Assembly (NCBI GenBank): GCA_013265495.1
Contig: MU058233.1
Coordinates: forward strand, 843,038 to 907,037
DNA from: Vicugna vicugna
Lineage: Eukaryota
Direction of reading: 5' to 3'
Length of the DNA stretch: 64,000 bases
Part shown: piece after piece, positions 1 to 13,392 of the stretch
How the letters are laid out: the number at the start of each line of letters is the position of its first letter
Numbering within the stretch: the first letter of the stretch is position 1
The notes under the pieces: model-generated
The model's input: the letters and a program-made list of their open reading frames with translations, nothing else
Databases searched by the model: none
Told to the model about the DNA's origin: nothing
Made by a program: the position numbers and the translations under genes

Positions 1-90
1 CTCGCTCCAGGCTCTGGGACCCGCGGGTGAGCGGGGCGGCGGCAGTCAGGGCTGGAGGCCCTGGATGGAAGCGCTGGGCCGCAGTCGGTT

Positions 91-219
91 CTGGGAGTTG
101 TAGTCCTCTGAGCAGGAAGCCTGGCTTCCTGCTGAGGCCGCGGCGGACCCTGGGAAGTGTAGTTGTCCGAGGCCCGCGTGCTCCGTCTCGTGCTCGCGGG
201 GCGCCCTGGGAGTTGTAGT
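91..219 (-). promoter_or_regulatory. Three ACTACAnnTCCCAG motifs (ZNF143/THAP11-HCFC1 type)
   Basis: ctgggagttgtagt 91-104, ctgggaagtgtagt 150-163 and ctgggagttgtagt 206-219 are the reverse complement of the ACTAYRnnnCCCR promoter motif. Confidence 0.8.
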
Positions 220-675
220 GCGTGGGGCGCTTGTGCGGAGGCCGCGGTGTACCCTGGGAAGCAGAGCTATCCGGGGCGCGCGGCCTGGTGGCGGTCAGCT
301 TCTGAAGCTCGCGAAGGCGCAGTTTGCGGGGCGCTGGCTCGGGGTCCCCGGTCGCTGAGCCGAGAGCCTGGCCCCGCGGACCGAGGTGGGTGAGGGCCCT
401 TCCTGCCCGAGCCGGCCCCGCCGGGGTGCGGGCCGGGCGGTGGCTCCGTCCCGAGCTCGCGGACCCCGGGCCTGCCGGCCGGCGCGCACAGAAAAGCCCC
501 GAGCCGTGGCCGGCTGAGGGCGGCGGCGCTGCGCGATGGGCAGCTGCTGGCTGTGACGGCGCCCCGACCGCGTGACGAGGCGGTGGAAGCGGAGCCGGGC
601 CCGCGCGCTCAGCTCAGTTCTCTCCCCGCCAGCCCTGCGTTCGCTCTCCGGGTCCCCGCGGGCCCTGCCGGAGCC

Positions 676-684
676 ATGGCTCAG
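676..684 (+). CDS. ZNF140: ZNF140 coding exon 1 (MAQ)
   Basis: Strong Kozak gccATGG. ATG GCT CAG|gtaagc is a phase-0 donor that joins the KRAB-A exon in frame. Confidence 0.85.
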
Positions 685-2047
685 GTAAGCTGGCTTGTGC
701 TCTCCTCAGCGACGCCGTGTTTTCCGGGCCGGGACAAAGGCTCTGTCCCTCGGGACTTCCTGCCCGGCTCCCCCGCCTCCCTCTGCGCTTCAGAGGACGT
801 GGTTCCCGGGGCGGCGGGCGGCGGGCGGCGGGGCGCTTTCCCCGCCTGTGTTCCTCCTCTTGCCGGTGTCAGAACGCGTCGTGCTTTACTCGGCGTCTCC
901 CGCCCGCTGTCCCTCATTCGTTATTCGTCGTGTTTTTCCTGAGCCCGTGTCCACACCCGTGTCCGTGGTCGCGTGCGCCCTGGGTCTCCAGATAACCCAT
1001 TGGAAATGCACGTGAGAGCCCCAGCCGCGACTTCTGCTCCGGAAACTCGGTGTGCGGGTCCGCGGTCTGCGTGTTGGCGGCCCTTCCAAGTGATTGTACT
1101 GCGGGCGCGTCCCAGGTCTTGGGGGTCAGAGCTCAACTTGCCGGCGTGACGTTACATTTCCGGAGGAAGGACACCGGTCGTTGTTCTGTTGAGGCCCAGT
1201 GCCCGGCTGGCAGTTGTGCTTCACCGAGGCGGGGGCCCGACGTTCGGATCACCCACTTCTCTGTCTTGTTGTTTGACATACTTCTCTCCAGATCCAGAGG
1301 CTCTCCAGCTTTTCTGGGAGTCCAGTTTCCACCTTTGTTGCAGATTCCACTGTTTACAGTACGAAACAGCTTCCTTATTAGTCCATCTGTAACAGATGAT
1401 AGACACTTTAATTTTTTTTAAACTGTAAAATAAAAGTCTCCTACCTCTGGGGTTGATGCTAGTTTGCGACTTTTCAAATTTCCTGTTCATGCCTGACACC
1501 AGTGGACCCCGCATGTGGTGCAGAACTAGGCTGCAAACAGGGGCCGGTATTCCCCTCACCCTGAGAGAAGGAGCTTGCGGTTCCATCCTGGGAGGCATTA
1601 TCCTCCCTCCTTGGGAGGTCCTTGTGGTTTACTTTTTCCTCTTGTTCTGTGACATTGCTAAAATTGCCTCTAAGTTTCACAGTCGTTTCTTCAGAAATGC
1701 GGATAAGTGTGGTAAACTCGAGTGTGTTCTCCATTTCCAGGGTGCTGCTGCTATCGGCTACAGCCCTGGTGACCACGGAGACATTCTTGTCAAATCGTGT
1801 TAAAATAGGCTGGTGTATTAAGGAAAATATGTATTCCTAGTAAACATAAGGGAACTGTCACCACCATTCATAAAGTGTTGTAAGGTGGTAAGAATTTTTA
1901 CAGCCAAAGCTGAAGTCCACGTTCACAGTGTAAAATCCTTTGTATCTCAGGACAAATCAGATTTTGTTTTTCCTTTTCTCCAATTATACAATAAAACAAA
2001 GCACCCGGGCTCTTAGTTATAATGTTAACAGTTACTCAGAATCCTGA

Positions 2048-2353
<306 letters not shown>

Positions 2354-2545
2354 TGAACCTTGATTATCTGGCTGAATCTTTCCAAAGAACAGAAGTTACT
2401 ACTTAATTAGCTTTTAAGAGGGGAATTATAACTTCACCTAATCTTTAGACATCTTTCATACTTAGATCTGGCATTTCTATCCATGGCTCCTCTTTTCTGA
2501 GGGTTCAAGAACTAATTTTGAATTTATTTCAATTTCTGCAAGCAG

Positions 2546-2641
2546 GTCTTAACATTTCTAAGCCAGATGTGGTTTCCTTGTTGGAGCAAGGGAGAGAACC
2601 CTGGCTGGGGAAAGGAGACATGAGCAGAGGTCTGTTTCCAG
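2546..2641 (+). CDS. ZNF140: ZNF140 KRAB-B exon
   Basis: agcag|96 nt|gtgagt; encodes GLNISKPDVVSLLEQGREPWLGKGDMSRGLFP. Confidence 0.95.
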
Positions 2642-5600
2642 GTGAGTGAGCTAGAAGCTGGTGGGGAAGTTTTTAAAAATAACAACCCAACCAGTCAATG
2701 AGAAAGCACTCTTTTATATGTTGGATGGAAAGTTTTCCTTTAAAGATACCAGAGATACGGGGCCTCTGAAGTCTTGCCGACAGCTCCGTTAGGGGCCGCT
2801 TCACACCCACTTACCCGCCTGCCTTCAGTCCTCTCCTCCTCCGTCCCTCACTTTCTCCTTTCCTTTCATTATTAGCTCTGTCTGGGCTCTGAATTTTATT
2901 TCTCTTCAGTTTCTTTTCTCTTTCTGTTTTAAAAAGTTGACCTGTATGTTTCTGTTGTCTAGATTTTTCTTTCTACTGCTGTTCTAACCCTCTGGAAAGA
3001 TTGATTCATTACTCTTTGGTTAGTCGATGGGTTTATTCATTTACTTATATTTCTTCTAACAGCATTGATTGAAGTTTTAATCTTGTTAAGTCTTTCTCTT
3101 AGGTGGTGTTCCTCTCTAGGAGTAGAAGGCATACAAAAGTATAACAACTATCAAGGAAGTTATGGCATAGTGAGGTCTGTAAATGACTTTGTTAGAGGTT
3201 CTCAAGTTGGCAGTTCAACAGTGAGAAGAGAGGAATTTCCAGTTGGTGTTTGAGGCCTGGGTAATTTGGATCAGAGATGGTAGTGACAGAAAAATAGGGG
3301 TTGGTTTTGGAGAAGAGGTGATTAATTAGTTTGAGATATGTGTGGTCTGAGCAGAGGATGGTATTTCCAAGTGAGGAAGTGCAACAGAAGACTGGAATTC
3401 ATCTTAGAAAAGGACTCAAGTTAGACTTGTAGATGTGAGAATCTTAAGAATCAGGAATAGAAGCCATGAGGTAGATTGAGAAGTGCTCTGAAAGCCTTCT
3501 TCACCTCAGAAATAGAATTGCTGGTGAAGCTCTTTGAAGATCAGTATGGCCACGCACCAGCCTTGAAGATTCTGAGATCTTTGGAGCCTAAATTGTACGT
3601 ATTTATAACAATTTCCGTAAGTTCTGTAGTTGATTCCTAAGTGAAGAGAGTGGTCCTCTTGAGGTAACAGGAGAAACACTGTTTTTGGAGAAGCAGCTAA
3701 TGGACAGATGAGGGAGCGGGAGATGCCAGGAAAGCTGAGCTCTGGCTTGAAGCAGGGTCACAGCTGCAGAGACCTTCGGGAGGAAAGACGTGGAAAGAGC
3801 CCTGATGTGGGCCGAAGTCATGTGGTGGAACAGGTGCAGGGAGACTTCCTTACTGAAGTACACGAGTTGAAGAAAAATGTTCTTTTCTAAATGTTTTGAA
3901 AATAACAAAACCAATAAAACTATGTACAAGGGAAGTGGGGTAAAGGGCAAACGTGGAAAAACTGCCTCTAATTCCACTACTTTAATACAGCTCTTGTAAT
4001 TTTTGTGTGTTCCTTCCCATACCTTTTTTGACAGGTGAAATAGCTCACAGAAATAATGCATCAAACTTAAATTATTGTAAGACACCTATGTCACCACCAC
4101 TCAGGTCAGTAAACAGAACACTGCCAGGTCCCTAAGAGCTCTCTGGGTGCTCCTCCCAGTCACCCCTCCCCCTGCGAAGGTGCTGTCCTTTCGTGGTGGT
4201 AACTTGGTTTTCTGTAGCTTTAGCAACTGTTTGTATTTAGTCATTTTGGTTTGTATGTTTGTGAACTTTATATAGAGGGATTCATAATGTATATATTATG
4301 CTGGAATTTGCTTCTCCCAAAATTATTTTAATATTCATGCATTTTGCATACTGGTCTAGTAGTTTGTTTCGTCGTACCAGTGGATACACCCCAGTTATCC
4401 ATTGTCTTTGACAGCTTCTTGGGTTGTTTGCAGCTTAGGGCTGTTGCAAGCAATGTTGCTGTGTCCTTGTGTCCTGGCGTGAACTGGCACAGGGTCCCTG
4501 TGCTTCACATCTGGGCTGGAGTTGTCCCTCTTCCACCTCATTAAGTGCCAGAATGTTTTCCAAAGTGCTTTTACTGACTTGCACTCCCCCAGATGCAGTA
4601 AGCGGGTTCCTCTTGCCTGACATTACAGTGCATCACACTGTTCACCTGTTAGGGGAGGGGCAGTGCTGGCTTACTCTGGTTTGAATGTGCATTTCTCCAG
4701 TTACTAATGAGGTTGAGCACCTTTTCACACGTGTATTGAACATTCAGATACCCTCATTTGTGAAGTGCCTCTTGAAGATTTTTGCTCGTTAATCCATTAG
4801 ATTCTCTTTTTCTTGTTGATTTGTAGGAGTTGTGTATTTCAGGTAAAAATCCGTTGTAATTGGATTCACCGTGAATACCTTTTCTTAACCTGTGGCTTAC
4901 TTTTCCCCTTAAAACCTCTTTCAATGAACAGGAATTCTTATTTAGTGCTTGTGTAATCAGAGTTATCAGTCTTTCCTTTTATGATTAGTATTTTTTCAGT
5001 GTGTTTAAGAAATTTTCCCCTACCATGAGGTCATGATGACATTTTCTTAGATTTTCTCTTACAAGTGTCTATAGTCATTTTGCTACTCACATTTAGATCC
5101 ATGGTCCACTTTGGATTTATTTCTGTGTGTCATGTGACTTGGTGGTCAGTTTTGGGCTCTTCTATGTGGACGTCTGGTTCTCACAGCACCATTTATTGAC
5201 GTGTCTGTCCTTTCCTTCACTGTTCTGTCATAAGTTTGTCATAAGTTAAAAGTGAGTTTGTTTCTGAGTTCTCTATTTTTCATTTTTCTATTTTACTATC
5301 TTTGTATAAATCTGTACAGTCTTAGTTATGAATTTAATAGTGGATAACATTTTACTGTATTTGCTTTCCTTTCCCTCTTTTTTGCTGAATAATGTAATTT
5401 GTAGATATCTTGACATTTCCCTGCACAATACTTCACTGTCATGTATAGGGACATTTTCTACATACTTGAAATATTTTCACACCAAAATAACAGTTTTGCC
5501 TAATTTTGTTTTAATGTGCTGTCTGTATCTGGATTGCCTTTTCCCTGTGGAATGATGAAATATTCCTGTTTCTCTGTATGTCCTATAACTTTGAATTCAC

Positions 5601-7589
5601 TTTTTTTTTTAAAATTAAGACTTAGGGTCTTATTTAAATCCTGTTGCAATATTAACCTTATTTAAGCAGACTGTTGATATGGGTAAATTGAAGCCACAAG
5701 TTCTAACCTGTCTTCTATGTATGTGGTTCCAATGACAGTCCAGTTTCCAGAACTTTTGTGAGTATATTTTATTTGTCCCTATATGTACCTCCCAGTGGCC
5801 TTTCTGGAACTTAGGCAGTGGGTTCCCCTTTGTTTCAGTTCTCACAGCTTCAGGGTCAGATCCACAGCGATTTAGGGTCAGATCCACACGTCCACAACTC
5901 GGGGATGTGCCCAGAATCTCATACACAACTTTATGGGATCACCTTCTTGCCCTCCCATCTTCACCATCTCTCCTTTCCTTTTTGGCTCCCAGGGCCCCCC
6001 TTTCAGGTCTTCTGGATAGAAAGGCAGGCCTTTGGTTTCCCCTCTGCACTTCCTGCAACTTTGTCTGCCTCTGCAGCCATGCAACAAAGAGATGGAGAGA
6101 AAGAAAAAGAATGGGTATTACCCTGTGCTCTTGGGACTATAGATTTCTCTGATGTGGGAGGAAGGCTGCCCTGTCTTGAGGTTTTAATTCCATCTGTGGC
6201 CACTGCTGCTGCAAGATGCTTTGGGTTTGGGCAGAAGAGACTGGGAGATGAACAGGCAGTAAGATTTCTCTGACCAGGAAGGGTCCTTTCCCAGTCCTAA
6301 GACCAGAAGTAGAAGCTTCTCTTGGGGCTGTTTCTCCTCATCCCTGCTGCCCAGTTCTTGCTTTCAGACTGCCTTTGAGTTTAGGCCTGTGGAGGCTGGA
6401 GTGGGGAAAAAAAACAAACCCAAGAAACTCACCACTAGTTGAGTGTTACTTTGAGTTCTGGCTTCCTTCCCCAGTCAGCTTGCTACCATTTACTTTTTAG
6501 AGTCTTTGGCTAGGTGCTTTATGCAGTCTGTCCACGGTTTTTACTTGTATAGAGTGGGAGAGCCAGAGAGGGGTGTACTTACTCCATGTTTACAGGGCTG
6601 GAACTACTTATATAAGTGAAAAGAAGTTACAGCATTTATGAAGATCATACTACTACACTGAAAATACGAGGTTCAGTGTAGATTCAGCAACAGTGTAAAG
6701 TGTAAGGAGGAGAATGGTGGGAATTAAGGACGGTTAGGGAAAGCCCTGGTCAGATCATGCAGGGATTTTACGAGTCATATTAATGAACTTAGAGTTCAAC
6801 CCCAGGCTAATAGAGAATCATCAAAAGATTTTAGGCAGGTAAGCATTTTAGTAAGGCCATTCGAGTTCCAGTTTGGAAAACAGGTTTGTTGGGAGCAAGA
6901 TTAGGAAACAGGGCTGTCATTTGAGAGTTGCTACCATCACCTAGTGGTGGTGTGATCATCTCCTGAACTATGGGTGTGTCCAGGGAGTGGAAGAAGGTAT
7001 ACACAGGGTAACAAACCAAGTGGACTCAGAAGGACTTGGTGATTGATGAGATAAAAGACATGAAGAAAACTGAGGAATTGTGGTTGACACCACTTTTTTT
7101 GCTGGTATTATTTTTTCTTTTAAAAAAAAAAAAAGGATGAACAAGTTAGAAGGGAAGGAAAGATTACCTTGTCTTGGAGTTTCAGCTCCCTTAGGATACT
7201 CGGGTGTATACATCGAGTAGGCAGTTGAGTTATCATGGAGCTTGAGAGAGATACCACGGTGTTTCTCAAATTTCAGACCTTTGGATTGTTTTAAAACAAC
7301 TATTCCCAGGTCCCACTGCAGAAATTCGAAATTGTTAGGTTTATGGTGGCAGTCAGGAATCTGCAGGTGATGCTGATGCTGCACTAGCGTGTATGTTTAG
7401 GAGTGATCTGTGCAGCTTCTTAGGGTTTTGAATTTTCCTTGTAAAATCCCTGCATACCTTGTTGAATTTATTTTAAAGCAACTTTTCTAGTTTCTTTTCT
7501 AAGTAATATTTACATCTATAGGAGTACTAGTGAATTTACATATTTCTGTAAGTCAATCTTTATTGTACCAATAAAAATACCCTAAACCT

Positions 7590-7709
7590 GGGGTGAGGGT
7601 ATAGCTCAATAGTGGAGTGTGTGCTTAGCATACAGCAGGTCCTGGGTTCAATCCCCAGTCCCTCCATTAAAATAAATAAATAAACCTAATTACCTCCCCA
7701 CTCAAAAAA
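7590..7709 (+). mobile_element. tRNA-derived SINE (vic-1-like) with perfect 17-bp TSD
   Basis: A box tagctcaatag, B box ggttcaatcc, A-rich tail. aaaaataccctaaacct occurs at 7573-7589 and 7710-7726. Confidence 0.9.
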
Positions 7710-7769
7710 AAAAATACCCTAAACCTTTCTACCTTAAAACTTCCCTTCAAATACTATAGTGATTTTTCT

Positions 7770-9480
7770 TTAATCAATAAACTTAATTTTTTTTAGAAGC
7801 AGTTTTAGGTTCACAGCAAAATTGAGTGGAAAGTATAGTTTCCATGTACCCCCTCCCCACCCACACCTAAGCTTCCCCACTGTCAACCTCCCACACCACA
7901 GTAGTAGATTTTTTTCAGTTGATGAACCTACATTGACATGTCATTATCACCCAAAGTTTACCTTAGTGTTCTTGGTGGTGTACATTCTTTGGGTTTTGAC
8001 CACATTAGTATCATATGGAATAGTTGTACTGCCCTAAAAATCCTGTGCTCTGCCTGTGCCTCTTTCTTTCCCCCCAACCCCTGGCAACCACTGATCTTTT
8101 TGGTGTCTCCATAGTTTTTCCTTTACCAGAATGTCATATATTTGGATCCATACAGTATTTTTCTTTTTCAGACTGGCTTATTTCACTTAATATTATGCAT
8201 TTAAGGTTCACTCCTTTGTATCTTTTTATGGCTTGATAGCTCATCTCTTTTCAGTGCTGAATAATATTCCATCATCTGGATGGTTCACAGTTTATTTTTC
8301 CATTCTCCTACTAAAGGACAGCTTTGTTGCTACCAAGTTTTGGCAGTTACGATAAAGCAGCTATAAACTTCCATGTGCAGGTTTTTGGGTGGACATCAGT
8401 TTTAATTCATCTGGGTAAACACCAAGGAATGTGATTGCTGAATTGTATGGCAAGAGGGTGTTCAGTTTTATAAGAAGCTGTTTTCCAAAGTGACTACCAT
8501 TTTACACACCTGCCAGCAATGAAGGAGTTCCTGTTGCTCCACATCCTTGCCAGCATGTGGTGGTGTTAGTAGGTTAGATGTTAGTCACGCTAATAGGTGC
8601 GTTTTAATTTGCAGTTTCCTAGTGGCCCCTGATGTTGAATGTCTTCATGTTCTTACTTGGCAGCTGTCTTCGTTGGTGTGGTGTCTTTTTCCTAGTTTTA
8701 AACTGAGTTGTTCATTTTCTTATTATTGAGTTTTAAGAGTTCTTTGTATATTTTGGGTAATAGTTCTTGTTAGAGGTGTCTTTTGCAAACACTTTCCCTC
8801 AGTCTGTGGCCTCTCTTGTTCTCGACTTGGCTTTTGCAGAGCAGAAGTTTTTAATTTTAATGAAGTCCAGCTTATCAGTTACTGCTCTCGTGGATTGTGC
8901 CTTTGGTGTTGTGTATGAGAAGTCACTGCTGTACCTAAGATCATCCAGGTTTTCTGCTTTGTTTTCTTCTAGGAGTTTCATAGTTTTTAGTTTTTTGTTT
9001 TACATTTAGGTCTGTGATCCACTTTGAGTTAACTTTTGTCAAGATTGGGAGGTCTGTCTAGATTCATTTGTATGAATGTGGATGTCTAGTTGTTCTGGTA
9101 CAGTTTTTTGAGAAGACTGTATTTGTTCCCCTGTGTTGTCCTTGCTTCTTTGTCAAAGATCAGTTGGCTATAATTATGCAGGTCTGTTTCTGAACTCTGC
9201 TCTGTTCCATTGGCCCGTTACCTAGTCTGTCACCAGCACTGCACTGACTTGATTACTGTAGCCCTGTAGTAAGTCTTGAAGTCAAGTGTCAGTCCTCTGA
9301 CTGTGTTCTTCTCCTTCAGTATTGTGTTAGGTATTGTAGGTCATTTGCTTTTTTTGTAGAAACTTTAGAATCAGTTTGTCAAGATCTGTAAAATAACTTG
9401 CTGGGAATTTGATTGGGATTTTGTTGAATCTGTGTATCAAGGTGGAAATAATTTTAAACTTCCAGAAAAACTGCAAGAAT
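7770..9480 (-). mobile_element. Old L1 (3' UTR and ORF2 C-terminal part), degraded
   Basis: Antisense ORF2-like peptide KLLEENKAENLDDL...DKLDFIKIKNFCSAK at 8799-8981, with L1M-type 3' sequence. Confidence 0.85.
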
Positions 9481-10334
9481 AGTACAAAGAATAGCCCTGT
9501 GCCCTTTACTCATGTTCACCTGTTGCTAATATTTTGCCCTGGTGGTTTTATCATTTGGTATATGATTTTTTTTTTCAGAAACATTTGGGAATAGGTTGTA
9601 TACATTATGACCTTTTAACCCCACGTATTTCCTAAGAATAAAGATATGAAAGAATATGTTTTTTAAACCTTTGTATTATTATAAAATTCTGTTCTCCTAA
9701 AATGATAACTTCTGTTACTAAAATTTAGCCGAGAGAAAATCAGGGCCTGTGTTTGTCAGAAGCATCTAATGGAAAGATACTATTATACCCAAGTTGAGCT
9801 TCACATATCAGTTTGGAAAGTAGAGTCAGAGTGAGGAGGCTAGAAGACAGTTTTCAGAGAAAGCTTTAATTTTTTATTCATTCATTCAGAATAAGTTACT
9901 GTAAGATGTTCCAAAGGCAGTAAGTGAACACAGTCTGATTTCTTTGTGGGACCTGAGGGACACTTGACGTCTATTAATAGCATGATGCAATTGTCATTTT
10001 CAAGTCATTCTGGCAGCAAATAAAGTTTAAACGAAGGTGAGGAAGATTAGCCACCTATCCTTCATGTATCTTCCTGATAGTTCTATTTTCCCCTCACCTT
10101 CAGTTACTTATTTTCAGTCTTTCTCCTTATTCACCTACATCTCTCCTCTGTTTGATGTCTTCTGAATTTCTGGATATACTGCTCAGATTTCAGAGTCACA
10201 TAATGACAACTATAAAAGCCATGCAATGCTAAGATTTTTTTTTTCAATTTAATTCTCATTAAAAAAATGGAGGAGTGTCTTTTATTTTACTGAACACAGA
10301 AAATAAGAAACAATTTGCTTTGGTTTTTTTTTAG

Positions 10335-11503
10335 CTTCAGAGTCAAACGCTGAGATCAGAGAGTTTTCTCCAGAGAATGTCCTGTGTGAAGATGACTCAT
10401 CCCGGTGCTTGATAATGGACAGGTTTCTAAGCCGAGGCTCGGAGTGTTCCAGTGTTAAAGGAGACTGGAAACGTGAGGGCGATGCTGAGGTGCTGCAGGG
10501 AAATCAGGGATGCGTCAGGCAAGTGACAGTTCCCCATCAAGAAGCCCTGTCTCAACACATGCGTGTCGGTACTGTGGAGAGACCCTACGGCTGCCAGGAA
10601 TGTGGGAAAACTTTCAGTCGGCGCTTTTCCCTTGTGCTACATCAGAGAACTCATACTGGAGAGAAACCATATGTGTGTAAGGAGTGTGGCAAAACCTTTA
10701 GCCAGATCTCAAACCTCGTGAAACATCAGATGATCCATACTGGAAAGAAGCCCCATGAGTGTAAAGACTGCAGTAAAACATTCAGTTACCTTTCATTCCT
10801 TATCGAACACCAGAGAACACACACTGGGGAGAAACCGTATGAATGTACTGAGTGTGGGAAGGCCTTCAGCCGTGCCTCAAACCTCACTCGGCATCAGAGA
10901 ATTCACATGGGAAAGAAGCAGTATGTGTGTAGGAAATGTGGGAAGGCCTTCAGCAGCGGCTCTGAGCTCATTCGCCATCAGATCACACACACGGGGGAGA
11001 AGCCTTACGAATGCATTGAGTGTGGGAAGGCGTTTCGTCGTTCCTCGCACCTCACCCGACATCAGAGCGTCCACGCCTCCAAAACCCCCTATGAATGTGG
11101 TGAATGCAGCAAAGCCTTCCGCTGCCACTCGTTCCTCATCAAACACCAGAGGATTCACGCAGGAGAAAAGCTCTTCGAGTGTGACGAGTGTGGTAAAGTT
11201 TTCACGTGGCATGCGTCCCTTGCGCAGCATATGAAGATCCACACTGGAGAGAAACCCTATGCGTGTGCTGAGTGTGACAAAACCTTTAGCCGGAGCTTCT
11301 CCCTCATCCTACACCAGATAACTCACACTGGGGAGAAACCCTACGTATGTCAGGTCTGCAGTAAATCCTTCAGCTGGAGCTCAAACCTTGCCAAACACCA
11401 GAGAACACATACTCTAGAGAACCCCTATGAATACGAAAACTCATTTAAGTACCACTCATTCCTTACTGAACGCCAGGGAATTCACACTATAGAGAAAACC
11501 TAA
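10335..11503 (+). CDS. ZNF140: ZNF140 terminal exon: spacer, 10 C2H2 fingers and one degenerate finger
   Basis: Acceptor ttttttag ends at 10334, phase 1 matching KRAB-B. Open to TAA at 11503; spliced CDS is 1401 nt. Finger helices (RRFSLVL, QISNLVK, YLSFLIE, RASNLTR) match recalled human ZNF140. Confidence 0.93.
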
Positions 11504-12175
11504 GAATGTATGGATTAAGAAAAAAAAAAGCAGCTAATGCCTTACTCTGACTTCAGAGATCTCTTGGGAAGAAGCCTTATGTTAATGTGTTGAATGGGAT
11601 GAAACATGGTCTGTAATTTATTCAACATCCTGGAGAAAAACTCCAGGAATATGGGGAAAGCCATTAATGGCTGCTGATTCTTTTTGTAATACCAGAAGAT
11701 GAAATCAGTCAGTATTGAGAAGACTCTTCCTTTGGTAGGATTCCTTTAATCTACATTTGTGAATTCCTACCAGGAAAGGATGCATGTCAGTAAATGGGAG
11801 ACAGCTCTTAGAGACGAGGTCTTGTTCTGCTCAAGCAGGATGGAACGCATGGGTATGAGTGTATTTTTTCCTAGACATGAAAAAACTCCTAACAAAGGAA
11901 TGTCATACAGTCATTTGGGAATGCCTTTGTGTACCACGCAGTGTTTATTAAATTTTTACATACTCTTCTAAGAAAAAGCAACCCTATAAATGAACTTAAC
12001 ACAGGGCGATCTTCTGCAGTATTTCAGACGTATAGAATCATACTAGTGGAAAACTTCTGTTACAGTGAATGTGGCAAACCTGACAGTTCTGAGAAGTTGA
12101 AGTGGAGAGAATCGGTGTGGGAAAGTTTTTCTGGGGGGAGGGGGGTGGTTTTTAAGCAAATTCAGAAAAGCTATG

Positions 12176-12181
12176 AATAAA
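12176..12181 (+). terminator. Candidate ZNF140 polyadenylation signal
   Basis: AATAAA followed by T/GT-rich downstream sequence. Confidence 0.45.
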
Positions 12182-12931
12182 CCTTTTGATTTATAGTAAC
12201 TTAATGTGGTACTGGTTGGGTTTTTTCCCCCCACAGCTTGTGATTCTGAAAATGCAGCTATCACAACATTGACACCAGCAGTGAAGAGGAGCATGCTTTT
12301 GTAAAAATGTTACACGGATGTCAGTTACAGAAACATTTTTTAGGTATTTTATGGTTTTAACTTTGAGATAGTTTGGATGTAAGGTTATGCTAACTTATGT
12401 TTACCCTTGAATCTGACTAGATGTCTTACTCAGTCAAATGTAAATACACATCAGAGGAAAATGCCAAGGTAGTCGTCCTCTTTTGTTCCCTTCACAGTAA
12501 GAACATGTCTTCTGTAAGCACGTACTTACCAAAGTAAATCAGACTGCCTTCATTTTCCAGGTACACCTGCCCATCTTTTATTTTCCCAGTTTAAAGGTTA
12601 TCCTTGAAGCGTTTGATTGCCTCCTTTAAAGAACTCTTGTATTCAGTACATGAATATGTAATTTAGCACTTGAATAAGTGCCTCGTTTAGGTGTATTTTT
12701 TCACGTATGTTTAAATTTTCTTTCACAAAATTAGAGGCTGACATTTGACTCAGTGTAATAGCAACACATAGCTGCTTCCTGTTACTTCCCTAGAACCGCT
12801 CAAAGCCTCACACTCTACCAGAACCACCCACTGTGTAAATCCCCCTTTTCCTATGGTGGTGGCCAATATTATTAATTTCCCTTGCAACATGTGGCGGTCT
12901 TTGGTGAACAAGTGTGTATTTGTCATCTCAG

Positions 12932-13392
12932 AGGTTTATAACATTCAGCGGTGTGGCCATCCACTTCTCCCAGGAGGCATGCGGCTGACTGGACCCTGTT
13001 CCATAATTTTTATATGGGAATGTGATGCTGGAGAACTCTGCGAGTCTGGTCTGAGGCGGTTACCATTGCTCCAAGCTCAGAATCTGAACTTAGGGATTTT
13101 TGCCTTCTCCATAGGAAGTATCAGGGGGTAGGTTCTAAATTGCCTGCCTGAATCCATACTCCATGTTCTTGAGGGGATGTTTTGAAATTGGTACAAGTGG
13201 AAAGTGGCATGCATTCTTCTGCTTTTGTTCCTGTGATAGTTCTCTTCACAGGGATCTAGAAAACCATCAGATTTTGAATTAGATAGTTTCAACTTGTAAG
13301 CAAGACTTTTTATTTCTAACCAAACATGACCTTACTGGAGCAAGGGAGAGTGAAGAATGATGGAGAAAAAATAAGACGAGGCCTGTGATCAG
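12932..13392 (+). pseudogene. Orphan KRAB-A (12932-13058) and KRAB-B (~13304-13392) pseudo-exons
   Basis: ctcag|127 nt|gt translates RFITFSGVAIHFSQEACG*LDPVP*FLYGNVMLENSASLV*. The second block contains tttctaa...ctggagcaagggaga...ag|gtgagc, like ZNF140 KRAB-B. Confidence 0.85.

Larger units (their letters stand above)
1..1250 (+). promoter_or_regulatory. ZNF140: CpG island / promoter and 5' exons of ZNF140
   Basis: Very GC- and CpG-rich. Candidate donors at 27 (GG|gtgagc) and 390 (GG|gtgagg). Acceptor ttctctccccgccag ends at 632. Confidence 0.85.

Noticed and set aside
3603..4085. 160-aa and similar intronic ORFs (5818-6273, 6968-7384, 58083-58912)
   Set aside because: No domain or splice support, and several overlap decayed repeats; consistent with chance ORFs.
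7590..7665. tRNA-like sequence, also in the other copies
   Set aside because: It has a family-specific A-rich tail, a TSD and at least eight diverged copies in the window, so these are SINE heads rather than tRNA genes.
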